DNA of 42,576 nt, taken from the sequence record SRR20825006_177, one strand, 5' to 3'. Made by a program: the position numbers and the translations under genes. The notes under the pieces are model-generated. The model was not told where the DNA came from. It was given only the letters and a program-made list of their open reading frames with translations, and did no database searches. The number at the start of each line of letters is the position of its first letter. Within the stretch, counting starts at the first letter, position 1. This document shows, piece after piece, positions 8,548-17,339 of this stretch.

Positions 8548-11500
8548 TTATTCCGCTGGCACAGTTTCGGGGTTGTGCCGTGTTTCCAGTAGCGAATGAT
8601 GCGAGTCAGGTTTTGGCGAGAACCACCGATGCAATGCCGGCATCACGAGCAGCGTCAGCAGAGTTGAAGAGACAAGCCCGCCTGTGACGACAGTTGCCAG
8701 AGGCCGCTGTACTTCGGCGCCGACGCCAGTCGCAAACAGCAAGGGCGCAAGTCCCAAAGCGGTTGTCATCGCCGTCATCAGAACGGGTCTGGCGCGCATC
8801 CCAGCCGCATCGATTGCGAGCGCATCCCGGTCCCGCCCGGCGCGGGCGAAATCATCCATGAAGCTCACCAGGACCATCCCGTTGCCAAGTGCGATACCAA
8901 ACAACGCGATGAAACCAACCGTCGCGGGAACCGAGACAGGCAGGCCTGTAATCCAGAGTGCGAGCGCGCCTCCGGTTAACGCCAGGGGGATGTTCAGCAG
9001 TATGAGAATTGCCGATTTAAGCCGTCCGAATGTCAGTAGCAGGATCAGCAATACAATGCCGAGCGTGATTGGTATCACAACTGCGAACCGAGCATTGGCC
9101 TGTTGCTGCAATTCAAACTGACCGCCCCAGACAACGCGGTAGCCTGCAGGCAGGTCAAGATTGGCGTCCGTCAGAGCTTGCGCCTCCGTTACAAAAGACC
9201 CGATGTCACGGCCCCGCACATTGGATTGGACAGTGATAAAGCGCTCGCCATCCTCTCGCGTGATCTGGCGCGGACCAATCACGGTCTCGATAGTGGCCAC
9301 GCTTTCCAGCGTGACACGTGCGCCGGTCGGCGATTCCAGCACCAAACGGCGGATGGCTTCGGCTGTATCGCGGCTCTCTTCATGAAACCGCACGACGATC
9401 GGGAATTGCCGAACGCCTTCAAACAGAGCGCCGGCTTCTGCGCCGCCGACCGAGGTCCGCAAGGCGTCAAGCGCGTCCTCAACATCGAGACCATACCGCC
9501 CGAGGGCCGCGCGATCGACACGCACCACGAGTTGTGGCGCCCCTGTAATCTGGTCAGCCTGAACTTCAGCTGCCCCATCGACCTGTTGCAAGATGGCCTG
9601 TAGCTCTTGTGACTTTTTCAACAGGACATCACTGTCCGGCCCGAAAATTTTCACGGCAAGTTCTGCGCGCGTCCCGGTCAAAAGCTCATCAACAGACATC
9701 GCGATAGGTTGACCGATATTGACGACAATACCGGGCACACCTTCGAGATTTTCCGATATCGCTGTGCGCAAGTCCTCCGGCGACAAGCCTTTGCGCCACT
9801 CCGACCTCGGATTGAGTTCAACAAAAGCTTCCGCACTATTGGTCGGGTCGGCGTGGGCCCCGACCTCACCGCGACCGATTCGGGTCACGATAGACTTGAT
9901 TTCCGGAAAGGCCGTCAGAAGCCTTTTCTCAACGCGGGTGGTCGTTTCCGCCGCTTCTGTCAAAGAGATAGATGGTGCCATGGTCATGCGGAGCAGAACA
10001 TCACCTTCTTCAAGCGAAGGAGTAAATTCAGACCCGAGGCGCGATCCGGCCAGTCCGCCCGCTACGAGGAGGATGGCGGCCAGAGCAATCGCCGCCAAAC
10101 GCTGGCGAACGAAGAATCCGGCGGCTTGGCTGACCGTGCGGGCAATCCATCCCGGACGGTCCTCACGCGGCTTTTTGCTCCGACGCATGACCCCATTTGC
10201 GAGCGATGGCGCAATCAGCGCGGCGTAGAACAATGACCCCGTCATGGCGAGCGCCGCGGAGGCTGCCAGAGGCCGGAAGGTTTTACCTTCCACGCCTTGC
10301 AGCGAGAAAAGCGGCAGAAAGACGACGATCACCACCGCAACAGCGGCAATCAGCGGCGCAATAACTTCCGCAGCCGAGCGCGCCACAACATCTCTCTGAT
10401 CGACAGACGGATCGCTTTCCCGGAATCCCCGGTCGACATTTTCTGCGATGACGATAGCCCCATCCACCATCATGCCAATGGCAATGGCCACGCCGCCCAG
10501 CGACATGAGGTTGGCACTGATGCCGAGCCATTGCATCGCGATGAAGGCAAAGCCCACGGAAAATGGAATAGAAAGGACAACAACCAGGCTTGGACGCCAG
10601 CCGCCCAGAAAGACGAAAACGACCAGTGCGACGAGTAGCGCGCCCTGCCACAGCGCCGTTGTCACCGTGGCGGCAGCTTTGTTGACCAGTGTTCCCTGAT
10701 CATAATAGGGCACGGCGTTGACGCCTTCCGGCAGGTTTTTGTTGATTTCCTCAAAGCGTGTCTGAACGCGCGCAATCACATCGGACGTATTGGCGCCATA
10801 GAGTTTGAGCACCAGTCCCGCGACCACTTCACCTTCGCCATTGGCGGTGGCCAGGCCCTGGCGTACCCCGCCGCCGACAATGATTTCACCGAGGTCGCGT
10901 ACCCGCACGGGGCGGCCATCATCGACATTGACGACAATTTCCGCAAGATCTTCAACCGATCGCGCCAGTCCGACGCCGCGGACCGTATATTGCTCGGCCC
11001 CGATTTCGAGAAATTGTGCGCCTTCGGTCTTGTTGCCGCGCTCAAGGGCGGTCATCACATCACCAATCTGGATGTCGTAAGCCAATAGCGCGTCCGGATC
11101 GAGCCTGACCTGATACTGCTTTTCATAACCGCCAAGTGACAGCACTTCGGTGACGCCGGGCACAGTCTGAAGCTGGTATTTGATGATCCAGTCCTGGATT
11201 TCGCGCATTTCTACAAGATCGCGCGCGCCGGTCTCATCTTCGAGACGGAAATAGAGAATAATCCCTAGACCTGTTGAAATCGGCCCCATTTGCGGGTCAC
11301 CAAAGCCATCGGGGATATTGCCGCGCGCTTCGGCGAGGCGTTCACCAACAACCTGGCGCGCAAAATAGACATCCGTGCCGTCTTCAAAATAGATGTTAAC
11401 GACGGACAGTCCAAAGTTTGAGACCGAGCGCATATGGTCTAGCTTTGGCAAGCCGGACATGGCGGTCTCGATTGGATAGGTCACGTAGCGCTCCACCTCT

Positions 11501-11673
11501 TCTGGGGCGAGGCCTTCGGTTTCTGTGAAGACCTGAACGAGTGAGGGTGTCACATCGGGAAAGGCGTCAACGGGTAGCGCCTTGAACGCGAATAATCCGC
11601 CAAGGGTCATGGCGAGCGCCGCGATGGCGGCGAGCAGCCGCCCTCCGGCGATACGGTGCATTAAATTTATCAT
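8548..11673 (-). CDS. czcA: CusA/CzcA family heavy-metal efflux RND transporter
   Basis: PVDAFPDV, NLMSLGG.AIAIGMMVDGAIV and RPVLMTA motifs; start placed at ATG 11673, after the czcB stop. Confidence 0.92.
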   Translation of the reverse strand: MINLMHRIAGGRLLAAIAALAMTLGGLFAFKALPVDAFPDVTPSLVQVFTETEGLAPEEVERYVTYPIETAMSGLPKLDHMRSVSNFGLSVVNIYFEDGTDVYFARQVVGERLAEARGNIPDGFGDPQMGPISTGLGIILYFRLEDETGARDLVEMREIQDWIIKYQLQTVPGVTEVLSLGGYEKQYQVRLDPDALLAYDIQIGDVMTALERGNKTEGAQFLEIGAEQYTVRGVGLARSVEDLAEIVVNVDDGRPVRVRDLGEIIVGGGVRQGLATANGEGEVVAGLVLKLYGANTSDVIARVQTRFEEINKNLPEGVNAVPYYDQGTLVNKAAATVTTALWQGALLVALVVFVFLGGWRPSLVVVLSIPFSVGFAFIAMQWLGISANLMSLGGVAIAIGMMVDGAIVIAENVDRGFRESDPSVDQRDVVARSAAEVIAPLIAAVAVVIVVFLPLFSLQGVEGKTFRPLAASAALAMTGSLFYAALIAPSLANGVMRRSKKPREDRPGWIARTVSQAAGFFVRQRLAAIALAAILLVAGGLAGSRLGSEFTPSLEEGDVLLRMTMAPSISLTEAAETTTRVEKRLLTAFPEIKSIVTRIGRGEVGAHADPTNSAEAFVELNPRSEWRKGLSPEDLRTAISENLEGVPGIVVNIGQPIAMSVDELLTGTRAELAVKIFGPDSDVLLKKSQELQAILQQVDGAAEVQADQITGAPQLVVRVDRAALGRYGLDVEDALDALRTSVGGAEAGALFEGVRQFPIVVRFHEESRDTAEAIRRLVLESPTGARVTLESVATIETVIGPRQITREDGERFITVQSNVRGRDIGSFVTEAQALTDANLDLPAGYRVVWGGQFELQQQANARFAVVIPITLGIVLLILLLTFGRLKSAILILLNIPLALTGGALALWITGLPVSVPATVGFIALFGIALGNGMVLVSFMDDFARAGRDRDALAIDAAGMRARPVLMTAMTTALGLAPLLFATGVGAEVQRPLATVVTGGLVSSTLLTLLVMPALHRWFSPKPDSHHSLLETRHNPETVPAE

Positions 11674-11683
11674 ATCAAATGTC

Positions 11684-13018
11684 CTAGTGGCCGTGGCCAT
11701 CGCCAAAGGCGTCTTTTTCGAGTTGAGCTTTGAGGGTGAAGGCACCGTCTGTCACGACTGCCTCACCCGCCATTAGGCCGGAGCGGATTTCCACAAACCC
11801 GCCGGATTTGGTGCCTGTCATCACTGCGCGCGGTGCATAGCCGCCCTCGACAGGGACGAACACGGAAGGTCTGTCTTCAACCAATTGAATGGCTGCTTCC
11901 GGTACGCGCAAAACCTGCTCAGATGTGCCAACACTGAGATCGGCCGTGACATACTGACCAGGTCGCAGTGTGCCATCCGGGTTGTCAACGATCACGCGGG
12001 CCGTCGCGGTGCGTGACGTTTCGCTGATGACCGGCAAGACAAAGGCAATTGTGGACTGCGCAAGGATTTCACCGCTGTCGGTTTTTAGCGCGACAGGAGC
12101 GCCGACGCGAATGCGGGCGATGTCCTGTTTGTAAACGGCAATATCCGCCCAGACGACACTATCGTCGACAAGGGTGAACAGCGGATCAGCGCCGGCATCC
12201 CCGGCTGAGACCGTTTCGCCCAGCATGACCGTGCGGCGCACCACCGTTCCGGCAATCGGCGCTGTCAGATAGGCATTGGCATTATCGCCGTCAGCCGCCG
12301 TGGAAATGCGCTCCAGTGCGGCATGACTGACACCTGCGGCATGGAGCTCATTTTCAGCCGCGTCACTATCGGCTTTCGCAGCTTCAAATTCCGCCCGCGC
12401 GGCTTGCAAATCGGCTTCCGAGGTGATCTTGTCCGCAAACAGTTTTTCCTCGCGGGCCAGCGCCTGACTGGCCAGAGCTTTGCGCGTTTCCGCCGTGAGC
12501 CAAGCGGCTTTCAGACCTGCGAGTTCACGGCTCTTGATCAGCGCCAGCGTATCGCCGCGTGCCACGTGATCCCCTTCGCTCGCATAGAGTTTGCCAATTA
12601 CGCCGCTGACCTTGGGCGAGACATTGGCAACACGATCAGCGTCAAAGCGGATTTCGGCCGGAAGGCTGAGAGATTGCGCAATCGCCCCCTCTGCAACAAT
12701 TGCTGTTTCAATACCGGCCTCAGTGGCCGCGTCCTGGGTTAGTTTTACAACGTCGCCTTCGGATTCACTATGATCATCATGGCCGTCAGGCTCGCCGTCA
12801 CTTTCCGCATGATCGTCATGCTCATCATCTTGATCGGTCTCGCCATGGTCATCGTGATCCGCTTTTTCTTCGGCATGATCATCGTGATCATCGTGATCAG
12901 CGGTCGCGGCGGAGGTTTCGCTAGCGACCCGATTTGTATCCGGGGTTGCATTGCCGCATCCCGCCAAAATCACGGCCAGAACCATCATGGTCGTTGGCAA
13001 AATATGTGTCTGTTTCAT
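11684..13018 (-). CDS. czcB: RND periplasmic adaptor (CzcB-like) with His/Asp-rich N-terminus
   Basis: Membrane-fusion-protein pattern (G..V..GD.L, SETSRT, LRPGQY), lipobox LAGC, DHDDH repeats and C-terminal GHGH. Confidence 0.9.
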   Translation of the reverse strand: MKQTHILPTTMMVLAVILAGCGNATPDTNRVASETSAATADHDDHDDHAEEKADHDDHGETDQDDEHDDHAESDGEPDGHDDHSESEGDVVKLTQDAATEAGIETAIVAEGAIAQSLSLPAEIRFDADRVANVSPKVSGVIGKLYASEGDHVARGDTLALIKSRELAGLKAAWLTAETRKALASQALAREEKLFADKITSEADLQAARAEFEAAKADSDAAENELHAAGVSHAALERISTAADGDNANAYLTAPIAGTVVRRTVMLGETVSAGDAGADPLFTLVDDSVVWADIAVYKQDIARIRVGAPVALKTDSGEILAQSTIAFVLPVISETSRTATARVIVDNPDGTLRPGQYVTADLSVGTSEQVLRVPEAAIQLVEDRPSVFVPVEGGYAPRAVMTGTKSGGFVEIRSGLMAGEAVVTDGAFTLKAQLEKDAFGDGHGH

Positions 13019-14307
13019 TGGAAGTCTCCATTAAACGGGGCGGCACCGATCAGGCTTTTGAGACGCATGAGGTCCGCATTAAGGGTACGCCGCGCGTCAA
13101 TTACGCTGACGCCTGCCTCGATCAGCCCTTTACGGGTATCGAGCGTTGATGTGAGGTCAAACCGGCCTGCCGCGTAGCCTTCAACAGATGCGTCGTAGGC
13201 GGAACGGGCCGCAGGTAGCGCCTCCTGTTCGAGTAGCGTCAGCCGGGCCTCGGCGGCGCGCACCCGCGCGGCGGCGGCCTGTTGCTGCGACCGCAATCTG
13301 GCCTCAACGGCGACGGCGCTGATACGTTCGGCATCGGCGCGATAACCCGCTGCGCGAGCGGCGTCGCGGTTACGGTCAAAAAGCGGAATCGGCACGGTGA
13401 CCCCGACCAGGAGCGCATTGTCGCCGGTCTCTTCAAATTGGCGAACGCCCGCACTAACCGTGACATCAGGAATACCGGCCGCGCGGGCGGCGTCCTGCTC
13501 AGCGTCGCGGGCTGTTGCTCCAGCTTTAGCCGCGGCGAGCGCCGGGTGCTCGTCAAGCCCGCGCGTCTTTGAGAGTATTTCACTTTCATCAGACAATATG
13601 GCGCGCGGGGGCGCAAAAACCGGCGTTGAGCTTCCCCAAAGCGCGGCGAGTTCATAGCGGCGTTGATCAATTTCAGCGTCTGCGGCAAGTGCGGCGGCTT
13701 TGAGTGCAGCCGCATCTGCCTCGGCGCGCGAGCGCTCCGGCCGGGCGGCCGCGCCGGCCTCAACACGTTTCGCAACGGTTTCAGCCAAAGACACGGCGAG
13801 ATCCGCCGACTCCCGTGCCAGCGCTGCGAGTTCTGTCGCGGCGATCAGGTCATGATAGAGCAGCGCTGCTTCTAGCTCGGTCTCTCTTAATATGACGCGG
13901 CATTCAGCGTCGGCGAGCGCTGCCCGCGCCCGCGCGGCACGCTCGCGCTTGGCTCTTTTACCTCCAAGCTGGAATGTCTGCTCAATGGCGAGCGTGGTTT
14001 CGGTTTGGTCAAACCCGTTGAGCGGTCCGGTGCCTGAGAAGTTTTCAATTTCCAGTCCGATTGACGGATTAAGACGGCGCCCAGCCTGATCGGCTTCGGC
14101 TGCGCTGGCGCGCGTCTCCAGTGCGGCCCGGCGGACATCCGGGGACGCATGACGGATTTGCATGAGCGCCATAGTGAGGGTTAGCGGCGCATCGGGCACG
14201 ATGGTCGGCGCGCTGCCTGTTGGCCCGTTGCACGGGGCCGCGACCGCTGTGCCTGCAAAGGCAGCCGCGATCAGGACGCAGAGTGCGCCCTGTTTGAATT
14301 TTGGCAT
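13015..14307 (-). CDS. czcC: TolC-family outer membrane factor (CzcC-like)
   Basis: Signal peptide, NPSI...Q.FQLGGKR and VPIPLFDRN motifs, long helices; overlaps czcB start. Confidence 0.9.
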   Translation of the reverse strand: MPKFKQGALCVLIAAAFAGTAVAAPCNGPTGSAPTIVPDAPLTLTMALMQIRHASPDVRRAALETRASAAEADQAGRRLNPSIGLEIENFSGTGPLNGFDQTETTLAIEQTFQLGGKRAKRERAARARAALADAECRVILRETELEAALLYHDLIAATELAALARESADLAVSLAETVAKRVEAGAAARPERSRAEADAAALKAAALAADAEIDQRRYELAALWGSSTPVFAPPRAILSDESEILSKTRGLDEHPALAAAKAGATARDAEQDAARAAGIPDVTVSAGVRQFEETGDNALLVGVTVPIPLFDRNRDAARAAGYRADAERISAVAVEARLRSQQQAAAARVRAAEARLTLLEQEALPAARSAYDASVEGYAAGRFDLTSTLDTRKGLIEAGVSVIDARRTLNADLMRLKSLIGAAPFNGDFQ

Positions 14308-14381
14308 GGGATATTCTTCCTTGTGATAACCTGAATCGACATCAAACCCACGCGCAAAAGGCGCGGATTCAGAGAGTCAGG

Positions 14382-14750
14382 TTAGGCACGCGGAGGACGA
14401 TAAAGACCGTGAGGACCAGCGCGCGGAACGTGCTGGTCTGCGCCGGGGCGAAGCCCCGATGTAGCTGATAAAGCGTAAGAGAAGGTCAGGCTGTTCATAC
14501 CCACCATATGCAAATGGCATGGCCCGCAGCTATGAGTATGATGTTTGTGGGCCGGACGCTGCTCACTATCATCATTTTCAGTGTCACCGATTTCGGCGGC
14601 ATGATGCGCTTCAGCGTCTGCGGTCATACAGGCAATCTCTTCAGCGTCCACAGGATGAATATCGGCCGCCGTTGCACCCATACCAAGGGTCACGCTCAAC
14701 ATGAGCGCAAGCCAAAACCTGACGGTGCATATGACGGTTACAATTTTCAT
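14382..14750 (-). CDS. CzcI/DUF2946-like exported His/Cys-rich leader protein
   Basis: Hydrophobic N-terminus, HKHHTHSCGPCH metal motif and C-terminal LYRPPRA; directly upstream of czcC. Confidence 0.7.
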   Translation of the reverse strand: MKIVTVICTVRFWLALMLSVTLGMGATAADIHPVDAEEIACMTADAEAHHAAEIGDTENDDSEQRPAHKHHTHSCGPCHLHMVGMNSLTFSYALSATSGLRPGADQHVPRAGPHGLYRPPRA

Positions 14751-14804
14751 TCGCTCAACGACTATCCTATTTCATTGTCAAAATCATTAAATCTATTCAT
14801 TTAT

Positions 14805-15242
14805 TTAGTGCGGCTCAGTGTCATGACCCGTCTTTATCGCAATCTCGCTGCATTTAATGCGTTCCCGAATATCGCCCTTGGCATTTCGGGTGACAAATCT
14901 ATCAGCGTCCAATGTCATAATACTGAGTTCAACAGCGGGTTTTGATTGCCCGCTGGGATCGAGCGGAAAGTCATTATGCGTCATGGCCAGCACGTCGCCG
15001 TTGCGGTCCCAACTGCCAATCGCATGGACCGGCCCTTTGGCGCTGAGGAGGACAAGCACGACCCCATCCGATGAAAAATAAGTAATCGGAGCGGTTTCAC
15101 AGGCGTCACCGTCGGTCCCGCTGGCCCAGGCCCCGAGCGGTTGTAGCGTCTCAGTGAGCGGATCGGCAAAGCTGGCGCAGCTTGCTACGAGCGCTGAGGC
15201 GGCCATTGCGAGGCCAACGCGAAGTGAATCGAATTTGATCAT
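14805..15242 (-). CDS. Putative lipoprotein, unknown function
   Basis: Signal peptide with lipobox-like VASC; has its own MerR-type promoter. Confidence 0.75.
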   Translation of the reverse strand: MIKFDSLRVGLAMAASALVASCASFADPLTETLQPLGAWASGTDGDACETAPITYFSSDGVVLVLLSAKGPVHAIGSWDRNGDVLAMTHNDFPLDPSGQSKPAVELSIMTLDADRFVTRNAKGDIRERIKCSEIAIKTGHDTEPH

Positions 15243-15248
15243 GTCGGT

Positions 15249-15279
15249 TTTATAGCCCCTACAGTGGCTGTAGGGGCAA
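15249..15279 (-). promoter_or_regulatory. MerR-type promoter/operator 1
   Basis: TTGCCC, 19-nt spacer, TATAAA; perfect dyad GCCCCTACAG-N3-CTGTAGGGGC at 15255-15277. Confidence 0.85.
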
Positions 15280-15329
15280 GCGAATTCTTACATCGACAAC
15301 TATTAAGCATGGGCCAGATTAATCAGCCG

Positions 15330-15809
15330 CTATTTTTGTTCAGCATTATCCGTCCGTCGTGGCTTCGTGAGTAACTCAGAGATCAACAGTAAGCCGACAC
15401 CGCAGACAATCGCGCTATCGGCGAAGTTGAACGCGGGCCAGTGGTAGTTATTGATGTGAAAATCTAAAAAATCGGTCACCGCTCCATGTCGCACGCGATC
15501 GACTATGTTTCCGAGTGCTCCACCTGTAATCAGCCCGAGTGCGGTTGCGATCTGGCGATCAGCGGTGCGCCATAACCAATAGAATAAAACCGCGACGATC
15601 GATAGAGCGGCTAGAGTAAGGAGCCAGGGAGGCAGGCTGCCTAGAAGACCAAAGCTGATACCATTGTTCTTGAGCCGCACAATGTTGAAGAATGGAAGGA
15701 CCGTCACACCGTTATCCAGGGCATCAATATTGAGGATAAGTGCTTTAGTGAGTTGATCTATCGCCAGAACGCCCAGACCAATGATGAATCCAATCTTCTG
15801 AATGGTCAT
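15330..15809 (-). CDS. lspA: Lipoprotein signal peptidase II
   Basis: DQLTK, N.GISFG, GALGNIVDR, VTDFLD and WPAFNFADS motifs; ATGA overlap with the upstream gene. Confidence 0.93.
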   Translation of the reverse strand: MTIQKIGFIIGLGVLAIDQLTKALILNIDALDNGVTVLPFFNIVRLKNNGISFGLLGSLPPWLLTLAALSIVAVLFYWLWRTADRQIATALGLITGGALGNIVDRVRHGAVTDFLDFHINNYHWPAFNFADSAIVCGVGLLLISELLTKPRRTDNAEQK

Positions 15810-16669
15810 ATTGCGGCTCTGAGGTCGTTGCGTGCATCGCGAATTATTGCCCATGCAGAATGCAGGAATAGCCCGGCGATCCCGACTGCAACCACGAGAT
15901 CGGGCCAACCGTGACCGAGCCAGGCGACCAAACCTGCTGCCACAATTACGGCCGCGTTCCCGATGGCGTCATTACGTGAAAACAACCAAACCGCGCGGAC
16001 ATTAGCGTCGCCTTTTCGGTGAGGGAGTAGCGGTAAGACGGCGATGACATTTATGACGAGCGCGATGAGCCCGAACATGCCCATCAGGGCAGCGTCAGGT
16101 ATCGTTTGATTAAGAAGACGCCACACCGTATTCGCGAGTACGCCGAAGCCAAGCAAAGCCAGGAATACGCCTTGAATCATGGCTGAACGAGCGCGCCAGG
16201 CAAGACTCCAGCCGATTGCGAGCACGCCGAGGAATGTAATGAGACCATCACCGACAAAATCTAACGCATCAGCTTTTAACGCCTGTGAACCGGCGAAAAA
16301 ACCCGCGATCATTTCCACAATTCCATAACCAACGTTCAGGAAAATTACGATCCAAAGGGCGCGTAAATACTCCGGATTCTTTTGGGTTTGTGAGGCGGCG
16401 GGGCCATCATCGCCTGGCGCAATTCTCTCGAAGCCGTAACCGGTTTTGGCGACGCCAAGTTCGATTTCTGGAAGTTGGGACTCTGAAACCCATAGCGTCA
16501 TAATATGTGTCGCAGCCGAAACTTTGACGGCTTTTGGGGCGACACCAGCCGATTGAGCCGCCCGTTCGATTTCGGCAGCATCTCGCGCGCAATCCATTCC
16601 TGATACCCGGTAACGAAACGGGAGCGAAGTGTCGGAGCCTGCTGTTGGGGAGGTAGATGTTTTGCTCAT
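15806..16669 (-). CDS. Cation diffusion facilitator-type transporter with N-terminal HMA-like domain
   Basis: YRVSGMDCARD, SQALKADALDF.GD and VWLFSRNDAIGN motifs. Start moved to ATG 16669 because the longer ORF would overlap its own promoter. Confidence 0.85.
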   Translation of the reverse strand: MSKTSTSPTAGSDTSLPFRYRVSGMDCARDAAEIERAAQSAGVAPKAVKVSAATHIMTLWVSESQLPEIELGVAKTGYGFERIAPGDDGPAASQTQKNPEYLRALWIVIFLNVGYGIVEMIAGFFAGSQALKADALDFVGDGLITFLGVLAIGWSLAWRARSAMIQGVFLALLGFGVLANTVWRLLNQTIPDAALMGMFGLIALVINVIAVLPLLPHRKGDANVRAVWLFSRNDAIGNAAVIVAAGLVAWLGHGWPDLVVAVGIAGLFLHSAWAIIRDARNDLRAAI

Positions 16670-16769
16670 GACAATGCTCTCAATTGAGAGACTACACGTA
16701 TGCTTTGTCGTTGTTCCATTCAGTCTCGCCCATCCAAATTTATCGGGAGGTGCTTTCAATAATGGAAGA

Positions 16770-16800
16770 GAATTACCATCTACAGTCACTGTAGGGTCAA
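16770..16800 (-). promoter_or_regulatory. MerR-type promoter/operator 2
   Basis: TTGACC, 19-nt spacer, TAATTC; dyad CTACAGT-C-ACTGTAG at 16780-16794. Confidence 0.75.
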
Positions 16801-16809
16801 GCGGTTTGC

Positions 16810-17250
16810 TCAAAAGGTCGAAAGCCGCTCATGCGCATCTGCGATGCATTCGCTATGATCATTGAGCGTTGAAATGATCCGACACGTGTCAACCCGGCCG
16901 CCCTCGCAGCACGTAATCATCCGTTTGAGCTCCGCCTCAAGCGCTTCAAGCTGCGTCAGGCGTTTGCGCACATCTGCAAGCTGTTCACGGGCTATCGCGT
17001 CCACGGCCGTGCAATCCTGATCCGGCTGAGTTTGCAGATCAATCATTTCACGAACGGCCTCCATCGGAAAACCAAGATCACGGGCATGCCGTATGAACGA
17101 CAAACGCTGCACGGCCTCATCGCCATATAGCCGTTGGCCGCTCGAACTTCGGTCCGGCTCGCCCATCAAATCAATCGATTCATAATAGCGTATGGTTGTC
17201 ACTTTCACGCCCGCCGCTTTCGATAAACGACCAATGGTCATCTGCGTCAT
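16810..17250 (-). CDS. MerR family metal-responsive regulator (CadR/PbrR/ZntR-like)
   Basis: TIG.LSKAAGV.V.TIRYYE HTH, L.FIRHARDLGF, and Cys ligands (DC, TCC, TCRII); GGAG RBS before ATG 17250. Confidence 0.92.
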   Translation of the reverse strand: MTQMTIGRLSKAAGVKVTTIRYYESIDLMGEPDRSSSGQRLYGDEAVQRLSFIRHARDLGFPMEAVREMIDLQTQPDQDCTAVDAIAREQLADVRKRLTQLEALEAELKRMITCCEGGRVDTCRIISTLNDHSECIADAHERLSTF

Positions 17251-17271
17251 TCCGGGCTCCAAAGAAAAGTC

Positions 17272-17302
17272 TTGCCTCTATAGTCGCTGTAGACTGTAGG
17301 GT
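17272..17302 (+). promoter_or_regulatory. MerR-type promoter/operator 3
   Basis: TTGCCT, 19-nt spacer, TAGGGT; dyad CTATAG-N3-CTGTAG at 17278-17292; divergent from the merR-family gene. Confidence 0.8.
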
Positions 17303-17339
17303 TTCTTCGAGAATCGTCAATGGGGAATAGGATTAGAAG

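Noticed and set aside
12770-12900. Short tandem GATCATCGT-like repeats as a possible CRISPR or VNTR locus
   Set aside because: They encode the His/Asp tract of CzcB; there are no spacers or cas genes.
14753-14781. Perfect TTGACA upstream of the czcI-like ORF
   Set aside because: No acceptable -10 hexamer at 16-19 nt spacing, so no promoter was called.
16670-16813. Extended N-termini given by the ORF track (also for czcA, lspA, parB, DUF736, the HTH gene, traG and the TonB receptor)
   Set aside because: They overlap promoters or neighbouring genes; downstream starts have better RBSs and family-typical N-termini.
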